From assembly GCF_009914755.1 (NCBI RefSeq), contig NC_060925.1: a DNA stretch of 64,000 bases. The stretch is one strand, 5' to 3'. This stretch comes from the human T2T-CHM13v2.0 reference genome, Homo sapiens. Under the pieces are notes generated by a model. The model worked only from the letters and a program-made list of their open reading frames with translations, made no database searches and was not told the DNA's origin. Both the position numbers and the translations under genes were made by a program. Shown piece by piece: positions 43,174 to 58,926 of the stretch (its first letter is position 1; every line of letters starts with the position of its first letter).

Positions 43174-43511
43174 ATTTTCTTTTCTTTTCTTTCTTTCTTT
43201 CTTTTTTTTTTTTTTTTTTTTTTTTTTTGAGACAGAATCTTGCTCTGTCGCCCAGGGTTGAGTGCAGTGGCACGATCTCGGCTCACTGCAACCTCCACCT
43301 CTCAATTCAAGCAATTGTCCTGCCTCAGCCTCCCGAGTAGCTGGGATTACAGGTGCCTGCCACCACACCCAGCTAATTTTTGCACTTTTAGTAGAGATAG
43401 GATTTTACCATGTTGGCCAGGATGGTCTCAAACTCCTGACCTCAAGTGTGATCAGCCTGCCTTGGCCTCCCAAAGTCCTGGGATTACAGGCTTGAGCCAC
43501 CATGCCCAGCC
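43174..43511 (-). mobile_element. Alu (AluS) with a long T/CT tail
   Basis: TSD caatccaaRcttttc at 43159-43173 and 43512-43526. Confidence 0.92.
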
Positions 43512-43586
43512 CAATCCAAGCTTTTCTTGAAGGATCACGAGCCCTGCTTTTTATCCTTTCTGAGGTTCCAGCAGGGATTAAATTGA

Positions 43587-44715
<1,129 letters not shown>

Positions 44716-45139
44716 TTGTTTTTGTTTTTATACTATCTTTTGGTTTAGTTTTTGAAATTATCTTTTAATCCTAATAAAAATCTATCAACTTTTTCAGCAG
44801 GATCGATAACATTCAAAAGAAGAATGGGTTCCTTGCGATAGTTTAGACTCAGATTTTTATATAATAAGGACACTTTGCAATATTTTTCCTATTACTGGAT
44901 ATCATCATGATTATTTTTCTATTTAAATGGAACAACTCTCTTTATTCTAATCTGTACTAAACTGAACAAATGATGACTGCTGGTCTAATCTCCTGGGGTA
45001 GTCTAATCTTGGCTCTGGAGTCTTGGGAGTAATATGGATAAGTCTGATTGCAAAAACTATTTGAAACCCTTTCCGATGTCTAACACGTGGGTTAGAGAGA
45101 ATCTTCTCCAAAGCTTCCTGAATATGGCAAGTCCAATGG

Positions 45140-45300
45140 GTATAAAGGATAGAGTATGTGCCTTGAAATCAGACAGTTGGAGTGCCAACCTGGCTTCAAC
45201 TCCTGCTGGCTGTGTGATTGTGGGCAAGTTACCTAGCCTCTCTGAGCCGGTGTCTCCCTTTTTATAATCTGACAGTACTAATAGCTATTTCCTAGCATAG
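45140..45300 (+). mobile_element. MIR
   Basis: ggctgtgtgattgtgggcaagttacctagcctctctgagcc. Confidence 0.75.
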
Positions 45301-45479
45301 CTACTACCTAGCATAGAGTAAGTATGAAAATACTGTTCTATGGCCATCCTTCCCCAGCTTTTGCTTCAGAGTTAATTCCCTGCAAGTACAGACGAGCACC
45401 AAGAAAATTTCTGAACCAACCTCTTCATCTATAAATCCTAGCTCCCTTGTCTCCTCCCTTAATTTTTTTTCAAAAGACA

Positions 45480-45650
45480 ATGCTCAGGGGATGTGACTAT
45501 AAAGGTGTAGCACGGGGAAAATGTTGGGGTGATAGAACCATTCTGCATCCTGATTGTGGTGGTCACAGTAATCTATACAATCGTTAACATTCACAGAAGT
45601 ACATACCTCCCTGCTCAAGTTAATTTTACTGTATCATAATTAAACACAAA
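45480..45650 (+). mobile_element. Old L1M (L1MD/L1ME-like) 3' fragment
   Basis: ggggtgatagaaccattctgcatcctgattgtggtggt...aattttactgtat. Confidence 0.65.
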
Positions 45651-46611
45651 ACAAAAACACCTCAGGCCCATTGGCGGTGTCTTTTATCTTGCCCCTGCTA
45701 TTAAAATGCAAAAATGTCTCTTTGCTTTGCTTCTGCCTAGTCTTTCATTCATTCACTCATTGGATAGTCTTCACTGGGGACTTTCTCTGTATGAAGCACT
45801 ATGCCAGGTTCTGGGAACTCAAGGATAGATGGGAAGATGGGAAGGTTATGGCCCCTGCTCTCAAGGAATTCACAGTCAGAGGTGGGAAACAAACACATAA
45901 GCAGAACATTATACAGTGATATGGGAAGCGCAGAGATGGTGGTGTTAGTCTTCCGTGACTTCTGTTTCTAATTAGTACCAACCACAGCACTCAAGGTGTG
46001 GTGGTTCTTCTATGAAGGTCACACATCATCTTTTCTCCGAATTCGTGTTCACATCAGTTTGCCTAAAGTGCCTAAGAAATAGTCCCAGCCCTAAATGAGA
46101 AGGAAAATGCTGACTCTCACTGCCACTACCCGCATCATCAGCATGACCTCTATATAGTGCCAATGAAAAGTTTATGTGCTATTAAAAAATTAAAAGATGG
46201 AAAACTTCTTTGAACCCTTTTTCAAAGGCTAATTAGAGCCCTAGTCAATTTACCTGCTTCAGTGAAAATCAGAATTAAACATATAGGTTTGGTACATTTG
46301 TGCTTGATTATTGTGTAGATGCATTTTTGTGCATATTGAAGCTGCTTTATTAGGTTGAGGTACTCAGAGCTCCCCCATCATGAGGCTGAGCTCTAGGTCC
46401 TTGCATTTAATTCCTCTGGGTATATTGGGGGCTGTGGAGGTTGATTGATAATTACAGAATATTTTGACCTAGTGACTCTTTTATTCAGGGCAATTCCTAT
46501 TCCTATCTGTACATTATGATTCAAACGATCATAAATTTTAACATTTGAATACCTGAATCCTTTGTAGTCATTAAATAACTGAAGTTTAATGGCTGAATCC
46601 TTTTTGGTAAG

Positions 46612-46614
<3 letters not shown>

Positions 46615-46645
<31 letters not shown>
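46615..46645. repeat. (TG)n microsatellite
   Basis: Direct read. Confidence 0.93.
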
Positions 46646-46648
<3 letters not shown>

Positions 46649-48098
46649 TACACATATATATTCTTAGAGAATCCCTCACAATTGTATTCCTGGACTGACT
46701 CTCCATTCTCTATCCCCATTTCATTACAGAAAAATGCAGTTTCATGGTATATGTTTATAGGGAGTGATAGAGGACAGTGGATAAACGTACATTTGGCCAT
46801 ACTCAGCAAGCGCAGAAAGTCATAATTGCAACAAGGCCTGAGGGGACATTAAAACTCAACTGAAGGATGTTGCACATGTTCTTGGTGACTTTGGTGTCAT
46901 TAACTCACACCAGCCATTTTAAATGGATAATTTATGCTGCCAGATGGTCCTTTTTGGGGATTTTCCATAAAGCCCAATCCCCTTTTTGGCACAGAGAGCA
47001 CCTTTATGTTGTTCCCACACTTATGCAGGCCTGCATAGCTTTTCCCCAGGGGTACAGTTAAATTGAGTAGGAGGCTTTTAGTAGTTCACATGTAAATTAC
47101 CTTCAGAAATATGTTGGGAGTTATGTATATCTGAATGCACCAGCAGCCTCTTGGTTGCCTACATTTGGGATAATTCTCTCAAACAAGTACTAAGGATACT
47201 GTGTTTAGGCCTCAGATGTGACACAGGAAGCAAGGCCTGTACCTGCTCCTCACTCAGAATGCTTTGGTTTCCGTTTACCTGCCTTAAAATGCTTTTCCAG
47301 GACTCCCTGGCCAAAAGAGGGCCAAAGGTTGCCAGAAGAGACAAATTTCCTAGAGCAACAGGAAGATTGTGGAAAGTAAAACAAACCAGACATGCAGTAA
47401 ATTACATGGGCTATTTCAAATGTCTTTTGTAGTATCCTGTTCCCCATTAGTTTATCTCAGCACTTTTAGTGCACAGCTCTTATTATCTGGGAAGAAGGGC
47501 ATAGGAGATTAAAGATGATGTTAGTTTAAAAACATCAGACAACTTCAGAATGACTTTCGCTTCTCTTACAATGCTGCATTTGTCTCTCGTACTTAGTTTT
47601 GTTTCCCAGTTATCTCAAAACTGGGTTAGATACGAAGCTTTGAAGCAAATCATGAATTGACAAAACGAGTCCTATGAAATTCTATCAAGCACAAATGCAC
47701 ATATCATCAACTCTTGTTTATCTGTACAAATGAAGAATTACAGAGAAATTGATAATGCAGATAAACAGGAAAGAAACCAATACACAGCGCCCACATTGGG
47801 TCAGACACTCATGTTGCTTTCAAATATATGGAAAAATTCTAGTTACAATTGAGTACCTACTGTGTACCAGGTTTTTAAAAAATTAACCTCCTTTAAAATA
47901 TGCAAAATATAATGATCCTGCCTCTAAAGAGATAAAAACTGAGACTCATAAAAGGTCAAGTGACTTGCCCAAGCCCACACAGATAGTAAACCTGTGGATC
48001 CAAAATCCATATTTGAAACCAAATCTGACTTCATAGTCTAAGTTTATCTTCTACACTCAGTAACCTCTTTTACCATAAACATTTGGAGCAGCATTTTA

Positions 48099-48517
<419 letters not shown>

Positions 48518-48766
48518 TTAATCTAGAGAAGAAATATAGATTATTAAATATACATAGGACACAATATATAAGCAAAGAGTATTAACTGTTAACAAAGTAA
48601 ACTATCGTTTTCATTTATAAAATCAAATAACCCTCAGCAGTTAGGTCTTTGTTCAAATAGTAGCTCATCACACAGGCCCTCAGTGATCTAAAATAGCTGC
48701 TGACCCTCACTCCATCATCCTATAACTCACAACACTGTTTTGCTTTCTTTACATCTGCATCTACTA

Positions 48767-49066
48767 TTTTTTTTTTTTTTTTCTGAGACAGAGTCTTGCT
48801 CTATCGCCCAGGCTGGAGTGCAGTGGCGCGATCTCAGCTCACTGCAACCTCCACCTCCGGGTTCAGGTGATTCTCCTGCCTCAGCCTCCCAAGCAGGTAG
48901 GACTACAGGTGCATGCCACCATGCCTGGCTAATTTTTGTATTTTTAGTAGAGACAGGGTTTCATCATATTGGCCAGGCTAGTCTCAAACTCCTGGCCTCA
49001 AGTGATCCTCCTGCCTCAGCCTCCCAAAGTGCTGGGATTACCAGTGTGAGCCCACCACGCCAGGCC
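48767..49066 (-). mobile_element. Alu (AluSx/Sz-like) inserted in an L2 3' end that continues at 49070-49220
   Basis: Full antisense dimer; L2 tail gtgtctagcacataataggtattcaataaatattgattgaatgaatgaa follows. Confidence 0.9.
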
Positions 49067-49672
49067 ATCTCTCTGCTATTATTGTCTGTTTTCTCTCTCT
49101 AGAATATATACTTCATGAACAGTGGGACTTAGTCTGTCTTTTCCATTGCTGTATCTCTAACATCCATAACAGTGTCTAGCACATAATAGGTATTCAATAA
49201 ATATTGATTGAATGAATGAAGCGATAAAGCAGAGAATTTGGGGTGCTTTCAATAAACTTGAAAGCAGAATTTGCTATCAAGAATACTCTCAGAATTGGTG
49301 TTTACTACACTTTCAATTTGTAGGCTTTCAGTCAAATCCAATTACTAGCAAGTCGTAAGCAGAACAATTGCTTAGGCTCAGCCAAGGACCTCTTGACGAG
49401 CAGCAGTGCATTGACTTTATTACAAGTATCCCTCACCTGAAAGTGTGTTCCTTTAAGTGAATCAAACCTTTTTTAAAAAAATAAATAATAATTCTGTATT
49501 ATTTCTAAGTTTGTTGTTTAGTATTAGCTCCGTATTAAGAATCCCAACAGTGAATCCTTTGTAGAACATTTTATGTAGTATAGACAACCTCCCTGACTTA
49601 CCTGTGAAAAATTCAGATTTCCATACCAAATGTTCTCTTCTACAAGTGTAAGGAGCACCCATATGAGACACT

Positions 49673-50161
<489 letters not shown>

Positions 50162-51460
50162 TCAGTACTTGTCTGGAAGCCACCTTAACTTTAAATGTCA
50201 CGCTGTCCAACCATTCTCTCTATGTTAAAGTAGGTTCTCTTTAAAACAATTCTAGATAGGTAGAAATCTAGCCTATTTTCAAATAGATTAGAAAAGATTG
50301 GATTCTGGGTGACTCTAGATACCTCACTATAAGAAAAACAATTCTCTTGTCTCCCTCTCTGTCCCATATTCCTCCAGTTTAGGGCCTGCTGCATGAAAAG
50401 GAATGGCTGGTCTTCTAATCATTATCATTAAAGTCAAGCCAAGTTGTTGAATCCTTATTAAGTGCTGATTGTATGCAGTATACTAGAGTAGATACAGAGA
50501 GGACTCCAGCAAGTCCCTGTCTCCAAGGGCAAACCTCTGAATTTCCTCAAGTGTCAGTCACTACCTGTAAGGTGGGAACTGTTCCTTCTGCTCCATCTCT
50601 GTCACAAAGTTATGACAGATGAGGTAATGAAGTCCAAAGTCCTTTGTGAAAATTAATATTCTCTAATCACGTGAAATATCATCATTAGGATTACTGAGGC
50701 AGCCAGGCTTACCCAGCTGAGGGTAGTTGAAAGCAGACAGGGTTAAGTGTCACAGGAGTAAAAGAAAAGAGCTGTTAAATCTGGAGAATAAGGGATAGTT
50801 TCCTTAAAAGGTGGCAATTAAACTGGATTTAGATGGAATCAGACTGAGAAATGTTCATGTCTCACTTGAAAGTGAGACTTGTCTCTTAGTCTTTTGATTG
50901 TTAGTATATATAAATTTAAGTCTTCTTCCTAAGTTGAAAGGCAGCTCTGTGGCTGTTCTGTGAGCCTTTCTCAGGTTATATTTGTCCCCGAAGTTAACGA
51001 TTTATACCAGGGGTCCAGTGGGCTTCATGGATGACTGCGTTGCACCACTTTCAGATTTGAGACCGCATCTGCATTAAGTACAGACATATCAGTAAGTTTT
51101 GGCAGACCTAAAAAGTAAAGCAAATTTTTTTATTGTAAAAAAAAATGAAATTACAGTACTTTTCAGTGAAGTTCAGTACTGTGTTTCAAATATATGCATA
51201 AGAAGCTACTTAAATTTTCTCCTGTAGAAAAACATTCAAAATTCCAAATGCCTTCAATTATACTGGGATTGTAAAACAATTAACAGACACAGTTACATCC
51301 ACCAACATGTTGAAAGTTTCAAAACAGTTTAGTGAAAGTTTTGAAGTCAAATTTGATAAGGAATAAATTTAGTTTTATTTTTATAAATAACTTTTGGAGA
51401 TACATTTCTCTGCAAAGAGTAAGTTGTTCTCATTTTTGAAGGTCAAAATTAAGTACTTTA

Positions 51461-51868
<408 letters not shown>

Positions 51869-54800
51869 TCAGCGACCCAGGGCATTCAGAACTAGGGGTC
51901 AGTGTCACAACTACTGGCAGCATAGTTGAATTTTGCAGACTTATGTTAGTCATTGTAATTTTAAATATCACATATTAGGTTCACCTGGATTCCCAACTCT
52001 GCTGGTCCTAATTTGACTGCCAACAGTCATTTATCAATTGTAAGAGTGGAGGAAGTCTACCAACTTAGATTTCTAGCTGAGACACAGGGGAAACCCATTA
52101 TCAGTGCCAGTAAAAAGGCAGCGACTGGTAACAATAGTGCTTTGATCATGGACACTCCACTGCACTAGCATATATTAGAGAAAATGATTAAATCTCCCAT
52201 CATCTCTTGCTGGAGTAGGAATAGTCACTGCTACAGAACATTGCCATGGGATCGATGTCTTGGCTTTTCTTCTGCATTTATGGAGCAGTAGGAAAGCATC
52301 ATCTGGGACCACATCCTCTTCTATGATCTCATATTGGCACCTGCCCATTAGAGACTGGTACACCAGGGGACATTGGTACAGTAACAAGGGGCCTCTTCTT
52401 TATGAACCCTTCTTTATCAGAGAAATTTCACCCAAATAAGGGGTTATGACAGGAAAGCTGTATTACCAAATGAGCACTGTAACCACCCTTCAAAAATCCC
52501 TTGCCTTCTTTATCAAGGCTGTTTTTTCTTAATGTCAGAAAAGGGCCTAAAACAGCTCCTTGTAATTGGAGTCTAAAAGGTTACCTCTTAGAGGAAAAGA
52601 AATATTCTTCTCATACACACACACATATACTCTGTGTATGTGTTATATACATATATAATAAAGCATGATCCAGAAAACTGGATTCCTGAAGCCTCTAGTA
52701 CCTGGCGACTTAGTAGCCATTCAATCAATATTTAATAAATAAGTAAATAATAAGATGGAGATCACACACGTCTCACTTTGTCCTTCGAGTAGGATCAAGC
52801 GCTCAGAAGCAGAGCGATGTATACGTTTGTCGAACGAATGAGCGTTGCTCCGCTTGCATCGGAGAACCCAGATGTACAATTTTGTGAATGCAGAAGCTCT
52901 CAGGAAAACAGATGCTGCATTTCAGCTGGTCTTGTCTGAATAAATAAATTACCCAAATCTCCAAATTTTTAATTTCATGTTTGAAAATGAAGCTGTGTAA
53001 ATATTCTAGAAGGGGAGGAAGAAGGAGATGCAGTGTATACATTAGGTTTATATGTGAAATCCTCCTCCCTGTGCCTGTCACCATCCTCAGTACAGCCCCC
53101 GTGGCTCAGGTGGCCAACTCATGGTGTGGCTTGGGTGGAGCATACTGTAAAGAGGAACATTAAAGCAAATTTCATTCCAACCACAGCAATCTTCATAGGC
53201 TTGCTGGGGAGGAAGATAAGTGAGAAATAGAATGTATTTTAAAGAGGAAAAAGTACAAATTAAGAATTTTAAAAGTTAGTCATTCTCATATTCTGCCATG
53301 AGCAAGCCTGAGAATTTTAGCAAACTACTTCTCTGAATTTTCATTTCCTCATATGTAAACATTGAGGACAATAAAACAGCCTTGCCTTCCTAACTCATAG
53401 CTTTGAAAAGATCAAATGAGATGATAAGAACAAGAGCTGCCATTTATTAAGCATCAGCTCTGTGTAAAAGTATCGTGCAGGGCACTATACATATTTTTAA
53501 TATACGCAAAGTATATTTAATAAATCAAAATGCTGTAAAGAAATACTGTATATCCTTTTTAGGGGGTAAATACTTTGAAAACCCTAAACTTACTGTATGA
53601 ATTTAAGATACTGTGAAATTTATTTGATAACATATATTACACCTCTGCATCTATTATATGCAAAGCACTGTGCAAAAATGATAGAAGAAGTATGAAAATA
53701 AGCAAAACAGAACTTGCCTTCAAAGAGCTTACAGCCCAGTGAAGGAAGGAAGGGTAACTGGTTAAATAAGTACCCAATGGCTGTAATAGATAAGATGTAG
53801 AGCACAGCAAGCTTCATATGGGTGAGGAGTTTATTCAGCGGCTTAGACCACAGTCCTCTGCTGTGCCTGCTTAAAATAGCTGGTGCATCAGCCATTTCAT
53901 CGTTAAAGGAGCAGCAGTGAATACTGGCCCGTTTCCTTCGTTTCGTAATATCAGAGTCGAATCTTACTCCATCTCTAAGAAGCTTCTAGAGAGCTGACAT
54001 ACTAGGAAGTCCTCAAGAAGTGCATATACAAAAATACAGTTTATCATACTATACTCATGGACCCAAATCTCCCCTGCCTGAAACAGACAGTTTTCTGATT
54101 TGTAGATAATAGATTGGGTAGAATACAAGCAAATAATTTACTTGGAGGGAACAAAATTAATCTGAATGGAGATTAAATTCACCAGAGGGTAGAATAACCA
54201 GAAAGTGTAGTTGGAAGAGGAGGAAGGAAAGAAAAAAGACAGAGCGATCATTGATAGAAAGATAATAGATCAGACTTACCTAAGAGTATACCATGTTTTC
54301 CTATATCTAATATTATTTAAATATTTATAGAACTTAAATTGAAGGTAGTTTTAACCATAGATATAAAGATGAAAATACTTTAGTGATCTTACTTCCTGCG
54401 TTCTATCATATAAACACAGTGTAGCTATTTTATAGACTCAAGACAAGTTGATTAACAATAAATATATATTGGCTTGTATTTTGTCACTGCTGCTGAAATT
54501 TTAAATATATAAGCGTTTTATAAGTAATAGCAATAACTGATGTTTATTGAGCACTTACTATGGGCCACACATTGTTCTAAGCTATATGCACACATATATA
54601 AATATATATGTGTGCATACATATACATTCATTTAATTTGTAAAAAAGTGATACCACTAATACTATTGTTTGCAGACTTATTTCCCTCTCTCATAGGGTCT
54701 TATATTTTTCCTACATACTGATGATTCTCTTTAAACGTTAAATAACCTAATATAGCACCATCAGTTTATATGGAAATAAAGTTCTGTGGTTTTTGGCCAT

Positions 54801-57800
54801 CAATGTTTTTAACAAAGTAGTTTGTTAACACTCCAGAATAAGTGGCTTTTACATGGGGAATTGGGGAGAGAGGGAAGAAATAAGTCCTTGGTCTGTGCAG
54901 ATCCCAGAAGTCAATCAATAGTGTGTGCAGCACGCTGCTGTGCAGCAGTTTCTCATGAGGCTGTGCACATCCCAATTGCTTTCTGCTCAGCAGAGGATTA
55001 CAATAATGCCTATTTATCCAGCTCTGTCCATCCAAGGATTTTAGATACATCATAAACTCATCAATTAATCAGAGACATGGCACCCATTTCAAAATGCTGG
55101 GAGAATTACATCCTGGAAGATTACGAGAAATGCTCACGTCGACAGAGTAAATCAAGAACTATTTCCTGATGGATTCCTGAATGGCACACCAAGTACTGAA
55201 ATGAAGAGGGCTGTCTCCAGCACTGATTCACAAAGTATATCTCAAGTGGAAGAAAACTTCCGGAATAAAACGTCACTTTACTTTGAAGCATCTGTTAAAC
55301 TTGAAAAATTAAACTGAGGTAGAATGGCAAAGCTCATTAAATATTAATACAATTAATTGGCTTCCCTCTTCAGAGTAAAGTATCACTGACCTCCCTTTCT
55401 TAACAATTAAAACCCCTCTGAAACCTTTGGGTTTTTTAAATACAGTGTAACTTTGGTTCTTGATTCTCTGGTCTTTGTCAAGTGAGGAATTCTTCCTGTG
55501 GTCCAGCACGCTCAGCCCACTGTGGGGAACTGGCTTTCCAGACAGCTGTGAATGTTCGGTATTTATTCAGACAATACTCCCACACTTTGATGATTTACTG
55601 TGGTCCAAGCATCTTGTTCCTCATTTTGAAGAAACATTCCAGTCTGTAGGTATCGTCTACTTTGTATGTAATGAGAGGTAGTTTAAAGTTTTCATTTGCG
55701 TAGCTGGAAGTGCACTCACGTCATTAGAAATTCAAGGAATGGCAACTCAATATCCATTTCTAATCTGAAGGGTCTTCCCTGCCCCTGCCATGTTAGCCCC
55801 ACCCAGAAATCACTTAACTATGATTAGCTTCCAAGATTAGTGAATTCTAGGATAGCAGGATTACTTATGACTTAATGCCAGTCAGAATTTGCCATCTGCC
55901 TTTCAGCCATTTCATGAACCCAGCAGAAGAGAGCATTTATCAAAATGGCTGTGCAACACCCCTCATGTCTTAACACTCTTTAGGGACTTATATAAGCAAC
56001 ACTTCATGTTCGAATGTCAAAATCCACGTGTAAGGCTTAAAAGTAGTATGGGATGCTTAAGAATGCTTTTCAGGGCCAGTTATTCTTTGATATTTATCAC
56101 TTCATGGTGCTGACACCTGCTTCTAATTTTAAGAGTTCGTTCTTCCAGTGGATTTTTTTTTCCTTCAGAAATCTTATCCTCAAAAGACTTAACTAGCAAT
56201 TTTTCTTTTTTTGATGTGCTTGATGTTTTGATGAGTTTGTCTATCAGCATTGAAACCTTAACATACCTTTCATTTAGAATAAAAAAAAATCTTTGTGACA
56301 CACATTTATTATATTGGATCACATAAATTTTTGCCCTGGCAGTACATTCGAAGACTTTTGCAGAGATATAATTTATTAGAAATGTCATTATCTGCCACTT
56401 GGCCTACTTGATAGTTGTCTTAAGTTGACAAAAGCTATAGACATAGATAAAGTCTTCCTTGAGGGAGCAATTCAGTAAATAACTTTCACCCAATACCCTT
56501 ATTTGGTTGTCTTTCACACCCAAGGGTCAGGTTGGTGGCAATTGTCATTTGAGAGTTAGTAAGTGGAAAGACAAAGACAGAGAGGAACCTAGTTTTGTCT
56601 ATTGAGACACATATGGAAATAGTCCTTTGGTTTGGGTGTAGCCAGCCTAGTTGTAGTGCCCAATGTGGTTTGCTTTCTTGTTTTTATCTTGTCTAAAGAC
56701 CTTTCCCTCACAAGTTTCCTCACAAGTGCTGGATAAAGTTCATTGCATGAGTAGAAGAAGCCGCAAAAGATGATATATAGCTAGCAACCCGTTCTGATTG
56801 GTCTATGAAGAGTTGCCTGTATAAAATTGGATCCTTGTGTTCGGTTCCAAAAAAAGGTGTGAATGTGAAGAAGAAGTGTTAAATCATGACTCCAGAGAAA
56901 ATGTCGGCCATGAGCAGTTTTTAGTTTAAGTGAAAACCAAACTTTAGGATTTGGACAAATAAGATGAGGAGAAAAAAGGGTGAATCATTAACTCCAATAT
57001 GAAAGGATTATGGTGATCAAGTTTCACCCAACTTGAATAAGAAACCCAACAAAGACTATGACTGATGGAACTAACTCATTTACTTAATTGATATGCCAAA
57101 CTCTGCCAAGCATTTACCCTTAGTGTCAAATAAGTAATTTTTAATAAAATATTTCTAAGATATGAAGACAGTTAAGAAAATAGCATGCTTTTTAATAATT
57201 GTACTCATAAGTAAATGGATCATTACATTGTCACAAAGAATGACAGTGAGCAGAAACAGCCTGCTAATCCCTCTTAGATAAGTATTTAACATAATTAGAC
57301 AGACACCATCTCTTCTGTTGAATGTAGCATTAATCATTAGAAGTGCAACTTTACACAGCATACTTGTTTCTGATATGTCATTGTTGTTAAAAAAAAAAAA
57401 GCAAACTATTTTGTCAGATACAGTGCTTCAGAAAATGACTCATGTAGTTGTGTGATTTACATAAATACAGTTATTTCCCTTTTTATTGTTTTTTGTTTGC
57501 TTTAATAGTGTTTAATAGTAGTGTGGTCCTTTTACATCCATGAAGCTGCATTTGAGGTAAGTGGTTCATACATTTTGTTTTGCAAAATATCAGTATAGTG
57601 AACATACTTGAATTTGAAGTATTTTTAAGCTTTGAAGGGATCTTTTGGCTCATCTACCTAAACTGAAGGCACAACTCTTTCAGAGAAAGGTTTTCTTATA
57701 AGGAATGGGCTAGAAGTTTTCTGCATTAAATAAGAGCTGAAGAGAGAACCTCTTTCTATTAAAAATTTGAGGTTAAAATGATGGAATGTATTGCCCTCTT

Positions 57801-58721
57801 CCAGTATTCATAAGCACTACCTTTAAAAAAATTCATTTTCTTTTGCTGTGTAGCTTCTAGCTTGAACTATGAACTACGGAATACTTATAAAGTGATAGCA
57901 GCTCAATTCATTGCACAACGCTAGCTTCCCACTTTCTCTGTGATTCAAAGGCCTTCGAAGGCAAAGAATGGGGTTATTGAAGGATGGCAGGCAGATTTCA
58001 CTAAGTAACAGGTGGAGGTCAAAGCAGTTTATTTGTGGGATGAACAGAGTGCAGAGATGAAAAAGCAAATGCTTTGCCATAATAAGATTTAGCAAGAAAA
58101 TGCTGACAACACGAAGCCTTAGATTCTAGCTGACAGAACCTTTTCTCGTGTTCATTACTTGATTTCACAGTTCAAGCAATTTGAAGAGGGCTAAAATTTT
58201 CTTTCTTTTTCCCTTATGAAATGTTTCAATCAGTTTCAAATTTTTACTTTAGCTGGGTTCTCTGCTTGTATCCAAGGAACACTGGAATTAATAGAGCTCC
58301 AGCACAGGCGTATCCCAAACATGGACCCTCACAGACTATGCATCTCTTTCAAATTAAATTTTATCCATAGGACCCTTAAGCTCTAGCTCTCTATCATGTT
58401 TTAACTGACAGAAGAGAGTATATTTAAGTAAATACTAAAGTTCACATCATCAAGGCTAATGTTATATGCCAACGAAAGTATTCATAAGGGTGTTAACCAA
58501 GCTTGAACACTGAGTTACTTCCAGCTTGTTGGAGATGGAGAGGAAAAGCTTTCATTTTTTTCCCATTATACAGTTCTATATTTGTACAGTGAATATGTTT
58601 CGCTTTTGGAAGTTAAAAAAAAAAAGACTAAACATGCTGAACAATACAAAATAAGGTTTATCTACTGTTGTACAGCATGACCAAAAAAGTAAAAAGTTAT
58701 TTGGTATCATATCATAGAGAC

Positions 58722-58926
58722 CAGAGCTGTCCAATAGAATTTTCTGCAGTGATAGAGATGTTCTGTGTCTATACTATCCAGTATTCTAACCATGAGCCAC
58801 ATATGGCTACTAAGCCCTTGCAATGTGGCTATGCTGAGCAACTTAATTTTTAAATTCATTTAATTTTAATTAATTTAGATTTAAGTAGCCACATGTGGCT
58901 AGTAGCTACCATATTGGGCAGGGCAG
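58722..58926. mobile_element. MER3-like hAT-Charlie element
   Basis: gctgtccaatagaa...agtagccacatgtggctagtagctaccatattgggcag. Confidence 0.8.

Noticed and set aside
46393-46825. 138-aa and overlapping ORFs with HT or VC repeats
   Set aside because: Artefacts of the (TG)n microsatellite; no coding signature or splice context.
52780-52870. tRNA-like cloverleaf reading of the hairpin cluster
   Set aside because: No closing acceptor stem, no recognisable Pol III A/B boxes and no TTC T-loop; kept only as an unexplained structured or CpG-rich patch.
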